A stretch of 58,661 nucleotides of DNA, taken from the NCBI GenBank assembly GCA_963702425.1, contig CAVPCQ010000034.1, positions 1 to 58,661 on the forward strand, in the 5' to 3' direction. The notes below the pieces were generated by a model, which ran no database searches, was not told where the DNA came from, and saw only the letters and a list, made by a program, of their open reading frames with translations. Positions 8,359 to 19,549 of the stretch are shown in pieces. How positions within the stretch are numbered: position 1 is the first letter of the stretch; every line of letters begins with the position of its first letter. Both the position numbers and the translations under genes were made by a program. The stretch comes from an uncultured Acidobacteriota bacterium. GTDB taxonomy: Bacteria > Acidobacteriota > Polarisedimenticolia > J045.

Positions 8359-10869
8359 TCACGACAGGACCCTCTCGTTCCGGTAGTGGATCCCGTCCAG
8401 TTCGAAAACGAGTCCGAGCGGGGCCTGACCTCGCACGCGCATCGCGCCCCCGTGCTCGCCCCGCTGGTGGTGGTACCGGCACAGCGTGACGCGGTTGTCC
8501 GGCTCGTCGTCACCGCCGCGGGCCCGATAGAGCACGTGGTGGTCTTCCAGGTGGGCTGACGAAGTGCAGCCCGGGGCCATGCAGCGCCAGCCGTCGCGCG
8601 CGTAGACGCCGCGCGGGCCGCGGTGAACGTCGTGTGAGGCCACGTACGACGTGAGCAGCGCGTAGAGGCCGAGCCAGCGGGCATCAAAAGGCGCGAGGTC
8701 AGCGGAAAACATTCGGACGCGGCGCGCGGCCGCCTCGAGCGCGCCCAGGAAGTCTGCGGCGATGCCGAACGGGAGAACGAGCCGCAGCGTGGCGATGTCC
8801 GCCGGGCGCTCGCCGGCGAGTCGGACGAACGCGCCGATCCGTGCGGTCGTCTCGCCGGGCAGCCGGCCGAGCGAATGGTGCCAGTCGGCGTCGGTGAGCG
8901 GGTGGGCGCTTCGTCCCTCCGGCGTGGTCGCGAGCAGCCGTCGCAGCCGGAGCGCATCGCGCTCGTCGTCGAGGCGCTTGATCGTGGTCGACTCCGCGTG
9001 CGCGACCCACGCCTGCTGCAGTTCGGCACAGGCCAGCTCGCGTCCGAGGATCCGGACGACGCGGAGTGCCGCGAGGCAGGAGAGGCGACCGGCCTCCCGC
9101 GCTTCCTCGACGACCGGAAGGTGACGCAGCGCCCGGGCGAGCGTCGCGAGGTCCTCGGCGCCGCTGCGCGACAGCCCGAGCCGGGCCTCGGCGTAGTGGC
9201 GGATGCTGTTGAAGCCGAGTGCGGGCCAGGCGCGGCACCCCGCCAGCGCGGCCAGGAGATCGCCCAGGACGCGACGGATGTCCTGCTCGATCCCGACCAG
9301 CTCGCGGAGTTGGGCGGCGAGTTCCTTCGCGTCCCCCTCGCCGGCCCGGTGGAACAGCCGGTCGGCGCGGCCGAGGAGATCATCCGCGCGGCGCAGCATC
9401 GCTTTCGATCCCGCCTCCGATTCCGGATCGGCAGCCGGGTCTCCGCTTGGCGCCGGCGGCGGGTCGGCCTGCGGCGCGCATGGAGAACATTCGGACGGCG
9501 GCGGAGAGTCGGCCTGGGGTGCGCGCGGAGGACATTCGGACGGCGGCGGGTGCAGCGCGCGGGCGGCCCCTTCCGCCGGGATCGCGCTCGACGCGCGCGG
9601 CGGCGAGGCGTTCCACGCGCGGCGGCGGCGATCCCACGCCGATTCGCGCTCCGCCTCGTCCGGCGGGTCGGTGTGACGCAGCCGGTCGAGGGCGCCGTAG
9701 AGGTCCGGGTGCGGGTCGAGGCCGGTGGCGCGGGCCTCCGCCACGAGCGCCTCCACGAACCCGGTGGTCCCGGTCCGCGCCCCGCAGACGCACCGATGAA
9801 GCTCCCGGACCTCGAAGAATGCGGCGGCGGCCGCGGCGGGAAGATCGATCCGAATCGTCGCACGCGGCTCGTGAGCGTCGCTGTCGGGCCCGTCTTCGGT
9901 CCCCGGTCCCGGGAAGTGCTCCCGCGCCCAGGCGGCGAGGGCTCGAGTCTGCGGATCGCGGATCCCTTCCTCGATGTCGGCGGGAGGATGCGGGGCGACG
10001 GTGAGGCCGATCGCCTCGAGGTAGCGTCGGTTCCAGGGGAGCGCGGCCGCCTCGAAGAACGCCGGACCGGCCAGGGCCTCGGGACACCATGATGCGAGTT
10101 CTTCGATCAGCGGATCCGGGGGCCGCAGCGTGTCGTCGCGGCGGCCGTTGTCGTCGACGGGGAAGGAGCACTCGGCCGCGCGGGCCTGCCGGAGCCGCCG
10201 CTTGAGCTCGCGCACGCCGACCGCGCGGGCGATGGCGATCCAGGTCGGAAGGAAGTCCGTATCCGTGCCGCGCGCAATCGCGATCGCGGCGACGCTGCCG
10301 AGCGGCGGCCCTCCGTCCGTACCGTCGAGGGCGCGGAGGAGCCGGTCCGAGCGCAGGGTCGCTCGCCCGAGGGCCGCGTGGTCCCGCAGCCACCGACCCG
10401 AGCGGCCGAGCCGCTCGCGCGCGAAGTCCTCGGCCCGCGCGTAGCCGAGATCGAACCACCCGCGCTGCCGCACGAAGGCCTCCGCCGCGCGGGCGAGCGG
10501 ACGGGCCAGGCGGTGCATCCGCGCCGCGAGGGTCGCGGCGAGTGCGTCGAGGGTGGCGATCGGGGTGCGGGAGAAGCCGAGGACGAGAGGGGGCTCCGGG
10601 GCGAGGGCGGCGTGAGGGCTCTGGCGACGGTGCTCGGTACGATCCGGACGGGGCACATGGCCCACCGGCCCCGCGCGGCCGGCGCCAACGATCCGCTCTG
10701 CGCGGTCGGCGCGGTGGACCTGCACCGCGTTGTCGGCGCGGTCGGCGCGGTCGGCGCGGTCGGCGCGAGAGCCTCCGGCCCCGCGCGCGGAGCCGCGCGT
10801 GACCGCGCCGCGGTGCGCCGCGCCGGCTTGGAGCGTGCGATCGGGTTGCTGCGTGCAACTGACGGCCAT
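8359..10869 (-). CDS. Large HNH endonuclease-domain protein with a duplicated N-terminal DUF222-like unit
   Basis: C-terminal RDGWRCMAPGC...LEDHHVLYRARGGDDEPDNRVTLCRYHHQRGEH; two related segments GWFDLGYARAEDFARERLGRSG and AWPALGFNSIRHYAEARLGLSR. Confidence 0.8.
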   Translation of the reverse strand: MAVSCTQQPDRTLQAGAAHRGAVTRGSARGAGGSRADRADRADRADNAVQVHRADRAERIVGAGRAGPVGHVPRPDRTEHRRQSPHAALAPEPPLVLGFSRTPIATLDALAATLAARMHRLARPLARAAEAFVRQRGWFDLGYARAEDFARERLGRSGRWLRDHAALGRATLRSDRLLRALDGTDGGPPLGSVAAIAIARGTDTDFLPTWIAIARAVGVRELKRRLRQARAAECSFPVDDNGRRDDTLRPPDPLIEELASWCPEALAGPAFFEAAALPWNRRYLEAIGLTVAPHPPADIEEGIRDPQTRALAAWAREHFPGPGTEDGPDSDAHEPRATIRIDLPAAAAAAFFEVRELHRCVCGARTGTTGFVEALVAEARATGLDPHPDLYGALDRLRHTDPPDEAERESAWDRRRRAWNASPPRASSAIPAEGAARALHPPPSECPPRAPQADSPPPSECSPCAPQADPPPAPSGDPAADPESEAGSKAMLRRADDLLGRADRLFHRAGEGDAKELAAQLRELVGIEQDIRRVLGDLLAALAGCRAWPALGFNSIRHYAEARLGLSRSGAEDLATLARALRHLPVVEEAREAGRLSCLAALRVVRILGRELACAELQQAWVAHAESTTIKRLDDERDALRLRRLLATTPEGRSAHPLTDADWHHSLGRLPGETTARIGAFVRLAGERPADIATLRLVLPFGIAADFLGALEAAARRVRMFSADLAPFDARWLGLYALLTSYVASHDVHRGPRGVYARDGWRCMAPGCTSSAHLEDHHVLYRARGGDDEPDNRVTLCRYHHQRGEHGGAMRVRGQAPLGLVFELDGIHYRNERVLS
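9455..9552. repeat. Approximately 45-bp tandem duplication inside the HNH gene (PPPSEC.P.APQAD)
   Basis: Two copies of ACATTCGGACGGCGGCGG 45 bp apart. Confidence 0.7.
10732..10767. repeat. 9-bp tandem repeat (GTCGGCGCG)x4, encoding RAD repeats
   Basis: Directly visible in the sequence. Confidence 0.8.
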
Positions 10870-10903
10870 GGGCCCCCCTGTCTGCGATGCGAGCTCAGGG
10901 TGC

Positions 10904-10932
10904 ATTCTATAAGACGGACATCTGACTGTCAA
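10904..10932 (-). promoter_or_regulatory. sigma70 promoter of the HNH gene
   Basis: Minus strand TTGACA-17 bp-TAGAAT, about 35 nt upstream of ATG 10869. Confidence 0.75.
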
Positions 10933-11326
10933 GTGAATCGCGCGATTGTTCTGTTGTCATGCCGAGAGACGAGCTGGACATTGCGGCTGAGCACTCGAGC
11001 CCTGACGTGCTCATGGAGTCGCGGCCGATGGTCAATCCCACCTGAGCGCGGAAGTGCTCGCGGATATTCGGCGACTGATGGATCGCGGCTGTGGGCCCAC
11101 GTGCGCACCATCGCTCAGCGATCATGCTCGACGGCGCCGGCGCTCCTGCCGCATCCGATGTCCGAAAATGACCGACGCCCGCGGCGCTCGCCCTCGACGA
11201 CGCACCCGCGGGCCTCGGCCGTGGACCGCCACCGGGTGTCACCGGAGCCCTTCCCCCGGGCGCTCGAAGCCGGCCAGCCGGTCGCCCCTGGCCGACGCGG
11301 CGGACCGTCGCCGCCCCGGCAGGGGG

Positions 11327-11370
11327 TTGACGTGATGTAACCTATGGGTATCATGTCACCTATAGGTTAC
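11327..11370 (+). promoter_or_regulatory. sigma70 promoter with overlapping operator repeats
   Basis: TTGACG-16 bp-TATCAT; GTAACCTAT, GTCACCTAT and inverted ATAGGTTAC; AAGGAGG RBS follows. Confidence 0.7.
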
Positions 11371-11382
11371 CAAGGAGGCTTC

Positions 11383-11877
11383 ATGAGCGCTCAGGGCGGG
11401 AGTCCCGGTCCCGGCATCGCGGAAGTGGAGCGCACCGCTGAAGTGGAACGCCTGGCCCGTCGCCGCAGGCGGATCGTCGCCGCCTCGGCGATCGGATTCC
11501 TCTCTTGGCAGGGCGGCATCGTCGCGTCGGCGACGGCTGTCGCAGGGCACGCGACGCGTCTGGTCGACGTCGTCCGGCTCGCCGGCTTCGCGCTCTGGGC
11601 CGGATCGCTGGTCGCGATGCTCGTCACCGGCGGGAGAGAGGCCCGGCAGCCCGGCGTGCAATCGGCGCTGGAGGACGAGTTGACCGTCGCCAACCGCCGC
11701 GACGCGTTCCAGTTCGGCTATTGGGCGATGCTGATCGCGGCGGGCGCACTCTACGCGGTGTCGCTCTTCACCCCGCTGACGGCCGCTGCCGCGATCCCGC
11801 TGTTGCTCGTCGTCGGGATCACCATGCCGGCGCTCCGTTTCGTGATGCTCGACCGGCGCGGCGAGCCCCGTGACTGA
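11383..11877 (+). CDS. Four-TM membrane protein (DUF2178-like)
   Basis: Four hydrophobic segments, LEDELTVANRRDAFQFGYW motif, coupled to an XRE gene. Confidence 0.75.
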   Translation: MSAQGGSPGPGIAEVERTAEVERLARRRRRIVAASAIGFLSWQGGIVASATAVAGHATRLVDVVRLAGFALWAGSLVAMLVTGGREARQPGVQSALEDELTVANRRDAFQFGYWAMLIAAGALYAVSLFTPLTAAAAIPLLLVVGITMPALRFVMLDRRGEPRD

Positions 11878-12094
11878 TCCGCTGCTCAACAACCGCCTCA
11901 AGGAGGCCCGCGCGAGACTCGGCCTGACCCAGGCGGAGCTCGCGCTCCGGGTCGGTGTCTCGCGCAAGACGATCAACACCGTCGAGAATGGCGTGTTCGT
12001 CCCGTCGACGGTGCTCGCGCTGCGCCTGGCGCGGGCCCTGGGCGCACCGGTGGAGGCGCTGTTCCAGCTGAACGAGGGGACGCTCCGCAGCTAG
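11870..12094 (+). CDS. XRE-family HTH transcriptional regulator
   Basis: NRLKEARARLGLTQAELALRVGVSRKTINTVENGVFVPSTVLALRLARAL. Confidence 0.93.
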   Translation: MTDPLLNNRLKEARARLGLTQAELALRVGVSRKTINTVENGVFVPSTVLALRLARALGAPVEALFQLNEGTLRS

Positions 12095-12102
12095 CGGAAC
12101 GA

Positions 12103-12178
12103 TGGTGGAGCCGAACGGGATCGAACCGTCGACCTCCTGACTGCCAGTCAGGCGCTCTCCCAGCTGAGCTACGGCCCC
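12103..12178 (-). tRNA. tRNA-Ala(GGC)
   Basis: GGGGCCGTAGCTCAGCTGGGAGAGCG...CCTGA-CTGGCAG-TCAGG...GGTTCGATCCC...CTCCACCA; 76 nt with encoded CCA. Confidence 0.97.
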
Positions 12179-12307
12179 ACGACGACGCGAGGGCCCCGTT
12201 GGGAAGTGTGGCGGACGCCTCGCAAAGCCCGGAGATGCTAGCCGCCTGGCCCCTGGGTGTCAAAGCCGCGGGTTGTCCGGCCCGGCGCGCGGACCCATCG
12301 TTCCGGC

Positions 12308-13405
12308 GTGGCAACGCGCCTCCGGATCCTGCTGCCGGTCGCCCTCGGGGCCGCCCTGTTCGCCTTCGCCTGCGGCCGGGGGAGCGGCGGCGCGCCCAAG
12401 AGGGCCGAAGGGCCGCTCCCGCCGTGGGTCACGGCCGATCAGTTGATGCCGCGGGTGGTCGAGCGCCGCGCGGTCGTCTTTGACAGCCGCGCGCGCGGCG
12501 ACTACACGGCGGGCCACATCACCGGCGCGTGGCCGCTTCCGCTCGATGAGGTCGCCCCGCCCGGCGGCGACCTCGACGGCACGGCGAAAGAGCACCTCGC
12601 GGCGGCGCTGGCCGCGACCGGATTCGATCCCGGCGCCGAACTCGTCGTGACGGACAGCGGCGGCCCGGAGGGGCTGCGCCGCGCCGCCGCGGGCTGCTGG
12701 CTCCTCGCCCTGGCCGGCGCACGGCGCTGCACGCTGCTCACCGGCGGGACCGACGCCTGGCGCGCCGCGGGAGGCGACCTCATCGCCGACGAGCCCGCAG
12801 CCCCGAGCGACCCCACGCGGGTCCGGATCCACGCCCGGCCGCCGGCGCTCGCCTCGCTCGACTTCGTGCGCGAGGCGACCGCGCGGCCCGAGGGGGCGGT
12901 CGTCGACGTGCGCGAGGCGACCGCACGGCCCGAGGGAGCGATCGTCGACGTGCGCGATGGCGCAGTCGGCGACGGAGGCGCCGGCGACAGCGCCCACGCC
13001 AACAGCGAGGCGCTCGCCCGCGCCGGCGGCCGCCACGAGGGCACCATCCCCGGCGCGCTCCCCTGGCCGCTACCGCAGCCGGCGCTGTCGGGCGTCGCCG
13101 GCACGGCCGGCGCACCGTTCGACGCCGCCGAGCTCGAGCGCTCCGCCGCCGCCGCCGGGCTCTTTGCTGAACGCGAGATCGTCGTCGTCGGCGACGGTCT
13201 CGAGGACGGCGCGCTCGCCTGGTTCGTCCTGCGCTACGGCCTCGGCGTGCGCGACGCAAAACTGTTCCCAGGCGGCGTCTCCGTGTGGCGCGGCCACGCC
13301 CCCCTCCCCTACGCGCCGGCGGCAGCCCTGCAGCCTCCGGCAGCCCTGCAGCCTCCGGCGGCCGGTCAGCCTTCGGCCACCCCGCAGCCCGCGGCGGCGC
13401 TGTAG
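12308..13405 (+). CDS. Exported tandem rhodanese-domain protein lacking the usual catalytic Cys
   Basis: Lipoprotein-like signal (LFAFAC); VFDSRARGDYTAGHITGAW, GTIPGAL, KLFPGGVSVW; 42-bp internal duplication VREATARPEGA.VD. Confidence 0.75.
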   Translation: MATRLRILLPVALGAALFAFACGRGSGGAPKRAEGPLPPWVTADQLMPRVVERRAVVFDSRARGDYTAGHITGAWPLPLDEVAPPGGDLDGTAKEHLAAALAATGFDPGAELVVTDSGGPEGLRRAAAGCWLLALAGARRCTLLTGGTDAWRAAGGDLIADEPAAPSDPTRVRIHARPPALASLDFVREATARPEGAVVDVREATARPEGAIVDVRDGAVGDGGAGDSAHANSEALARAGGRHEGTIPGALPWPLPQPALSGVAGTAGAPFDAAELERSAAAAGLFAEREIVVVGDGLEDGALAWFVLRYGLGVRDAKLFPGGVSVWRGHAPLPYAPAAALQPPAALQPPAAGQPSATPQPAAAL

Positions 13406-13439
13406 CCCGGATCTTCCGCGGACGACCCGGGCTGGCGCG

Positions 13440-16178
13440 CTACGGCGTGTCGCCCCCGGCCGGGCCGCTGCTGTTCTCGGCCACGACCCGGTAGATCCGC
13501 AGCGTCCGTCCGTCGAGCCGCGACCCGGCGTCCCACCACTCCGCCCGCGTCGCGCCGCCGATCGTCGTCATCGGCGTCGCGGGCGCATCGGCTCCGAGGA
13601 CGTCGTAGCGCGTGGCCGGCCCCTGGCCCGGGCCGGGCACCGGGGCGGTCCAGGTCAGCTTGACGTCGTCGCCAGCGCGGACGACCCGCAGCGTGTTCCC
13701 GACCGGCGCCGGAGGTGCGAGCGCCGGCGGCGTCCAGGCGTCGCAGACGATCCGGTCGCCCTCCAGGCGGACCTCGTCGAGACCACCCTCGATCACCGCG
13801 TCCCCGCCTCCGCTATCGTTGACCCGCACGCGGACGCGGAGCGCGTTCGTCAGCGGGAGCAGCTCGCCCAGCGCGAACGACTTCGCCGTCCAGGTCCCTT
13901 CCGCGGAGTACACCGCTTCCAGCTCGACCCAATTCGAGCCGCCGTTCGAGGACGCCTCGACCCGGTACCACTGCGCTGGCGGATAGGACGGAAGCCCCTC
14001 GCGGAAAAACCAGCGCGAGTACGACAGGACCAATGACGCGTAGGCGGAGGCGTCGAGCGCGGGCGAGGTGAGCGTCGCCTCGCCGCCGTCGACGTCGTCG
14101 TCGTTGGCGGTCAGGCCGGTGTTGCCCGTGACCCAGGCCCGGGTGCTCGTCGGGCCGGCGTCCTCGCCCGGGTTCGCGATCTTCCCGTGGCTCGTCGTCT
14201 GCCTCGGTACGCCGCGCTCCCAGCGACCGTCGGTTGCCGTCCCGCCGGAGGTCCAGCCGCGGTCCTGTTCGCCGTCGTCGGCGAAGAGCACGGTCGGGAC
14301 CGGCGAGCCGACGCGCACGACGAAGCGGCTGCGCGAGCGGCGCCCGGAGGCGTCGTAGACGTCCAGCCGCAGCGTGGCGTCGGTGAAGCAGGGGCTCTCG
14401 ACCTGGATCGCGAACGCCGCGCCGACCGGCTCGCTGGTCGCCCCAGGTGGCAGATCCGGATAAGCGGCGTGGTTGTCGAGCACGACCAGCCCCGGCGTCT
14501 CGGAGGCCAGGAAGGCGGTGATCCCGGTGAAGCTGCGGGCGGCGTCGACGTTCTTCACGGTCACGACGATCGTCGCGACCTCGCCCGGGTCGAGCGCCAG
14601 GTCGCCGTTGCCGCGGTCCTGTCCGGTGTCGTCGACGCGGTGCGCGAAGTAGCGCAGCTTGGCGTTGGCCTCGGTCGCGGCGGCGTAGGCGTCGACGCGG
14701 CCGGAGCCGAAGGTGTTGTCCTTGCCCGGCGGGCCCAGCTCGATCGCCGTCTGCTCCAGGATCGCGGCCATCTCGTCGCGCGTCAGGTAGGGGTCGCCCT
14801 CCAGCATCAGCGCCGCGGCGCCGGCGACGTGGGGCGTGGCCATCGAGGTCCCGGACATCGTCGTGTAGCCGTCGCAGTAGTTGAGCGAGACGGTGTCGGT
14901 GCCGGGGGCCGAGACGTCGGGCTTGATCAGGCCGGGCGGGTAGGGGTAGTCGTTGTAGCCCGGCACGCCGGTCCAGGTGACGGGGCCGAGCGACGTGAAG
15001 TAGGCTGCGGCGTCGGCTGGGTCGGTGGCGCCGATCGTGATCACCGACGGGACATCGCCGGGGGTGCGGACGTTGTCCGGCTCGGCCCCCCCGCCCTCGT
15101 TCCCCGCGGCGACGATCATGATCGTCCCCATCGCGATCGTGGTCTCGCTGTTGCGGCGCCAGGTCGCGCGGTCGGGGTCCCAGGAGTGCGACCAGCCGAG
15201 GCTCATCGTGATCAGGTCGGCCTCGTTCTCGGCGGCGTACTGCATGCCGTTCCAGACGTCGACCTCGTCGGCGAGGCTCAGCCCGACCTTGACGATCATC
15301 ATCTTCGCGCCCGGCGCCACGCCGGTCTGTGTCCCCTGCGTGCCGTCGCCGGCGACGGTGCCGGTAGTGTGCGAGCCGTGGCCCGAGGCGGTGTCGCGCG
15401 GGTCGTTGTTGCCGACCTCGAAGTTCCAGCCGATCAGGTCGTCGACGAAGCCGTTGCCGTCGTCGTCCACCCCGTTCTCGTCGGAGGGGTCCATCACGAC
15501 GCCGTCGTGGTCGAGGTCCTCGCCGGGATTGATCCAGATATTGTTCACGATGTCGGGGTGGTCGTAGCAGGAGCCGGAGTCGATGTCGGCGACGACGACC
15601 CCGCGGCCGGTCAGGCCGAGGCCGCTCCAGACCTCCGGGGCGCGCATCTTGGTCACGCCCCAGTCGGTCCCGGCGTCGGGGCCGGCGCCGCTGCCGGCCG
15701 CGCTCCCACCGCCGGCACCGGTCCGCGGTCCCTCGACGAAGACCGGGCGCTTCGGGTTGTGGTTGATCCAGGCGACCTCGGACCGCGCCGCCAGCGCGCG
15801 GATCGCGGCCGGGGTCGCGTCGAGGCCGACGACGCTCGAGAGCCAGAGCGGGCGGACGCGCGCCGCCAGTCCGTCGTGCTCGTAGGCGGCAACGGCGGCG
15901 AGCAGCGGCGCCTGGGTCCGCGCGGCGTGCTGCTTCAGGCGCTCGACGATCGCGCGGCGCGGCTCCGCGGCGCGCGCGAGGCGCGCGATCGTGTCCGGCC
16001 CGAGCTGCTCGGCCAGCACGATGCTGACCGGGACGAGGTCGCCCGGCGCGGCGGCGTCGAGCACGCGCGGGAGATCGCCGCGCAGCCTGGCGAGCTGCGG
16101 GGGCTCCGCCAGCGAGAGCGACATCACGCACAGCACCGCCCACGCGGCGCACCCGTATCGCAGACCGACTCCCCGCAT
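13440..16178 (-). CDS. Secreted S8 subtilisin-like serine protease with C-terminal beta-sandwich and FN3-like domains
   Basis: Catalytic triad motifs VADIDSG, GHGSHTTGT, SGTSMATPHVAG; NGVDDDGNGFVDD insert; GAGGAGG RBS. Confidence 0.93.
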   Translation of the reverse strand: MRGVGLRYGCAAWAVLCVMSLSLAEPPQLARLRGDLPRVLDAAAPGDLVPVSIVLAEQLGPDTIARLARAAEPRRAIVERLKQHAARTQAPLLAAVAAYEHDGLAARVRPLWLSSVVGLDATPAAIRALAARSEVAWINHNPKRPVFVEGPRTGAGGGSAAGSGAGPDAGTDWGVTKMRAPEVWSGLGLTGRGVVVADIDSGSCYDHPDIVNNIWINPGEDLDHDGVVMDPSDENGVDDDGNGFVDDLIGWNFEVGNNDPRDTASGHGSHTTGTVAGDGTQGTQTGVAPGAKMMIVKVGLSLADEVDVWNGMQYAAENEADLITMSLGWSHSWDPDRATWRRNSETTIAMGTIMIVAAGNEGGGAEPDNVRTPGDVPSVITIGATDPADAAAYFTSLGPVTWTGVPGYNDYPYPPGLIKPDVSAPGTDTVSLNYCDGYTTMSGTSMATPHVAGAAALMLEGDPYLTRDEMAAILEQTAIELGPPGKDNTFGSGRVDAYAAATEANAKLRYFAHRVDDTGQDRGNGDLALDPGEVATIVVTVKNVDAARSFTGITAFLASETPGLVVLDNHAAYPDLPPGATSEPVGAAFAIQVESPCFTDATLRLDVYDASGRRSRSRFVVRVGSPVPTVLFADDGEQDRGWTSGGTATDGRWERGVPRQTTSHGKIANPGEDAGPTSTRAWVTGNTGLTANDDDVDGGEATLTSPALDASAYASLVLSYSRWFFREGLPSYPPAQWYRVEASSNGGSNWVELEAVYSAEGTWTAKSFALGELLPLTNALRVRVRVNDSGGGDAVIEGGLDEVRLEGDRIVCDAWTPPALAPPAPVGNTLRVVRAGDDVKLTWTAPVPGPGQGPATRYDVLGADAPATPMTTIGGATRAEWWDAGSRLDGRTLRIYRVVAENSSGPAGGDTP

Positions 16179-16316
16179 CCCGCCTCCTCGTCCCGACCGC
16201 GCCCGGCGCGGACATCGCTCCGGGTGCGCGAAGCCTAGGTACCGCGGAGGCGACCGCAGGTCAACGGGCATCTTTGGATGAGGGGCGGGGTGGCGGGGCG
16301 ACGGGCGGAGCGCGAT

Positions 16317-16390
16317 TGGCTGAGGGGCAGGGACTCGAACCCCGATTCTGCGGTCCAGAGCCGCATGTCCTACCGTTGGACGACCCCCCA
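16317..16390 (-). tRNA. tRNA-Gln(CUG)
   Basis: TGGGGGGTCGTCCAACGGTAGGAC...TGCGG-CTCTGGA-CCGCA...GGTTCGAGTCC...CAGCCA; divergent from glnS. Confidence 0.96.
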
Positions 16391-16568
16391 GCGAGGTCAG
16401 CCGCGGGGTACCTTAAGGAAAGACGCCCGAACCGTCAAGTCAGGCCCCACCGGCGCTCCCCGGCGCCCCGCGGCCGATCACCCCGGGACGCCGCGCTTCT
16501 GGCAGAATGCCGCGTCGCGGGCAGGCTCCCTGCCCGGCCGATTCCCTCCCAGTTCGAGGCCGCAGACC

Positions 16569-18259
<1,691 letters not shown>

Positions 18260-18266
18260 GCGGGCG

Positions 18267-18295
18267 TTGACGACCGCCCCGACCAGGCGTAGATT
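18267..18295 (+). promoter_or_regulatory. sigma70 promoter, probably giving a leaderless TA transcript
   Basis: TTGACG-17 bp-TAGATT; ATG 18302 lies 6 nt after the -10 box and has no RBS. Confidence 0.65.
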
Positions 18296-18301
18296 ATTAT
18301 C

Positions 18302-18820
18302 ATGAGTGATAAGTATGCGGGTGCCGCACCTGTCCTCGGGGCGCAGATCCGCGAGCTGCGGCAGGCGGCCGGCCTGACGCTCGAGGCCCTGGCGCGGCGG
18401 ATCGGGACGAGCGCGCCCACGCTCCATCGCTACGAGAGCGGGTGGGACCGGTTCGAAGTGGCCACACTGCGGCGCATTGCCGAGTCGCTCGGTGCGTCGC
18501 TTCAGATCCGCCTGGTGCCGGCGGCGAGCGCTCCCCCGGCTGCGCCGCCGACGCGCGCCGGCCTCGTGCAGCAACTGGCTCCCCTCTTCTGGGACCGGGA
18601 CCTGAGGGAGTCCGACCTGGACGAGCACCGAGACTGGGTCATCGCGCGCGTCCTGACCTCGGGTGACCGGGAGGACGTCCGCGCGGTGCGGGCGACCTTC
18701 GACCGCGAGGCGATCCTGCGGGCCGTGGCGCGGCGGGACGTCGATCCGCGGACCCGCAACTACTGGCACCTGATCCTCCGGGGAGGACGCGGGCGTGCAC
18801 CCCAAGGTCATCGGGACTGA
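18302..18820 (+). CDS. XRE-HTH plus DUF6922-like protein, putative antitoxin
   Basis: N-terminal HTH ([22 protein letters not shown]); C-terminal LFWDRD...[10 protein letters not shown]...RTRNYW; overlaps the AbiEii gene. Confidence 0.75.
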   Translation: MSDKYAGAAPVLGAQIRELRQAAGLTLEALARRIGTSAPTLHRYESGWDRFEVATLRRIAESLGASLQIRLVPAASAPPAAPPTRAGLVQQLAPLFWDRDLRESDLDEHRDWVIARVLTSGDREDVRAVRATFDREAILRAVARRDVDPRTRNYWHLILRGGRGRAPQGHRD

Positions 18821-19412
18821 CGGCTGGGCGACCGTCCGGAAGCTCACTGGCGCCGGCTGCGCCGAGGGTTGGACGCTGGCAGGCGGGACCGCGCTGGCCC
18901 TGCAGCTGGGCCACCGAATCTCGCGTGATCTCGACTTCTTCCGCCCGGACGGCATCGACCAGGACGCGCTGCTTGGCGACCTCACCACGCTTGGCCGCGT
19001 CCGCATCCAGGGCCGGTCGGAGGGCACCCTCCATCTCAGCCTGGACGGGCTGCGGGTCAGCTTCCTCCGCGCGCAGGCCCCGCTCCTGTTCCCAGGCACG
19101 CCGTACCGCGACCTGGTGCTCGCCGATCCCCGCGATATCGCCGTGATGAAGGTGATCGCGATCGGCGGGCGAGGCAGCCGCAAGGACTTCATCGACCTGT
19201 TCTTTTTCCTGCGCGGCGGCGGGTCACTCGACACCGTCTTCGAGTTGATTCGCCGGCGGTTCGCGCGGCTCGACTACAACGAGTACCACCTGCTGCGCTC
19301 GCTCGTGTACTTCGACGACGCGGAGACGGAACCGATGCCGCGCCTGATTCGTCGGGTGAGTTGGCGTGAGATCAAGGCGGCGATGGTGGCGGAGGTCAGG
19401 CGGTTGTCGTGA
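18795..19412 (+). CDS. AbiEii/AbiGii-family nucleotidyltransferase toxin (type IV TA)
   Basis: WTLAGGTALALQLGHRISRDLDFF, DIAVMKVIAIGGRGSRKDFIDL. Confidence 0.88.
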   Translation: MHPKVIGTDGWATVRKLTGAGCAEGWTLAGGTALALQLGHRISRDLDFFRPDGIDQDALLGDLTTLGRVRIQGRSEGTLHLSLDGLRVSFLRAQAPLLFPGTPYRDLVLADPRDIAVMKVIAIGGRGSRKDFIDLFFFLRGGGSLDTVFELIRRRFARLDYNEYHLLRSLVYFDDAETEPMPRLIRRVSWREIKAAMVAEVRRLS

Positions 19413-19549
19413 CGGTGTCCACCGTGCGATCTGCTCGAGAGCCCGCACCCGCTCGCGCGTCGAGCCTGGTCCCCCGCAGCTGCTCGGGCGCCCTGCAGGC
19501 CGGCGTCCCGGCCAGCGTCAGCGTGCGATCGTCGGCCTGCGGCCGCGAT

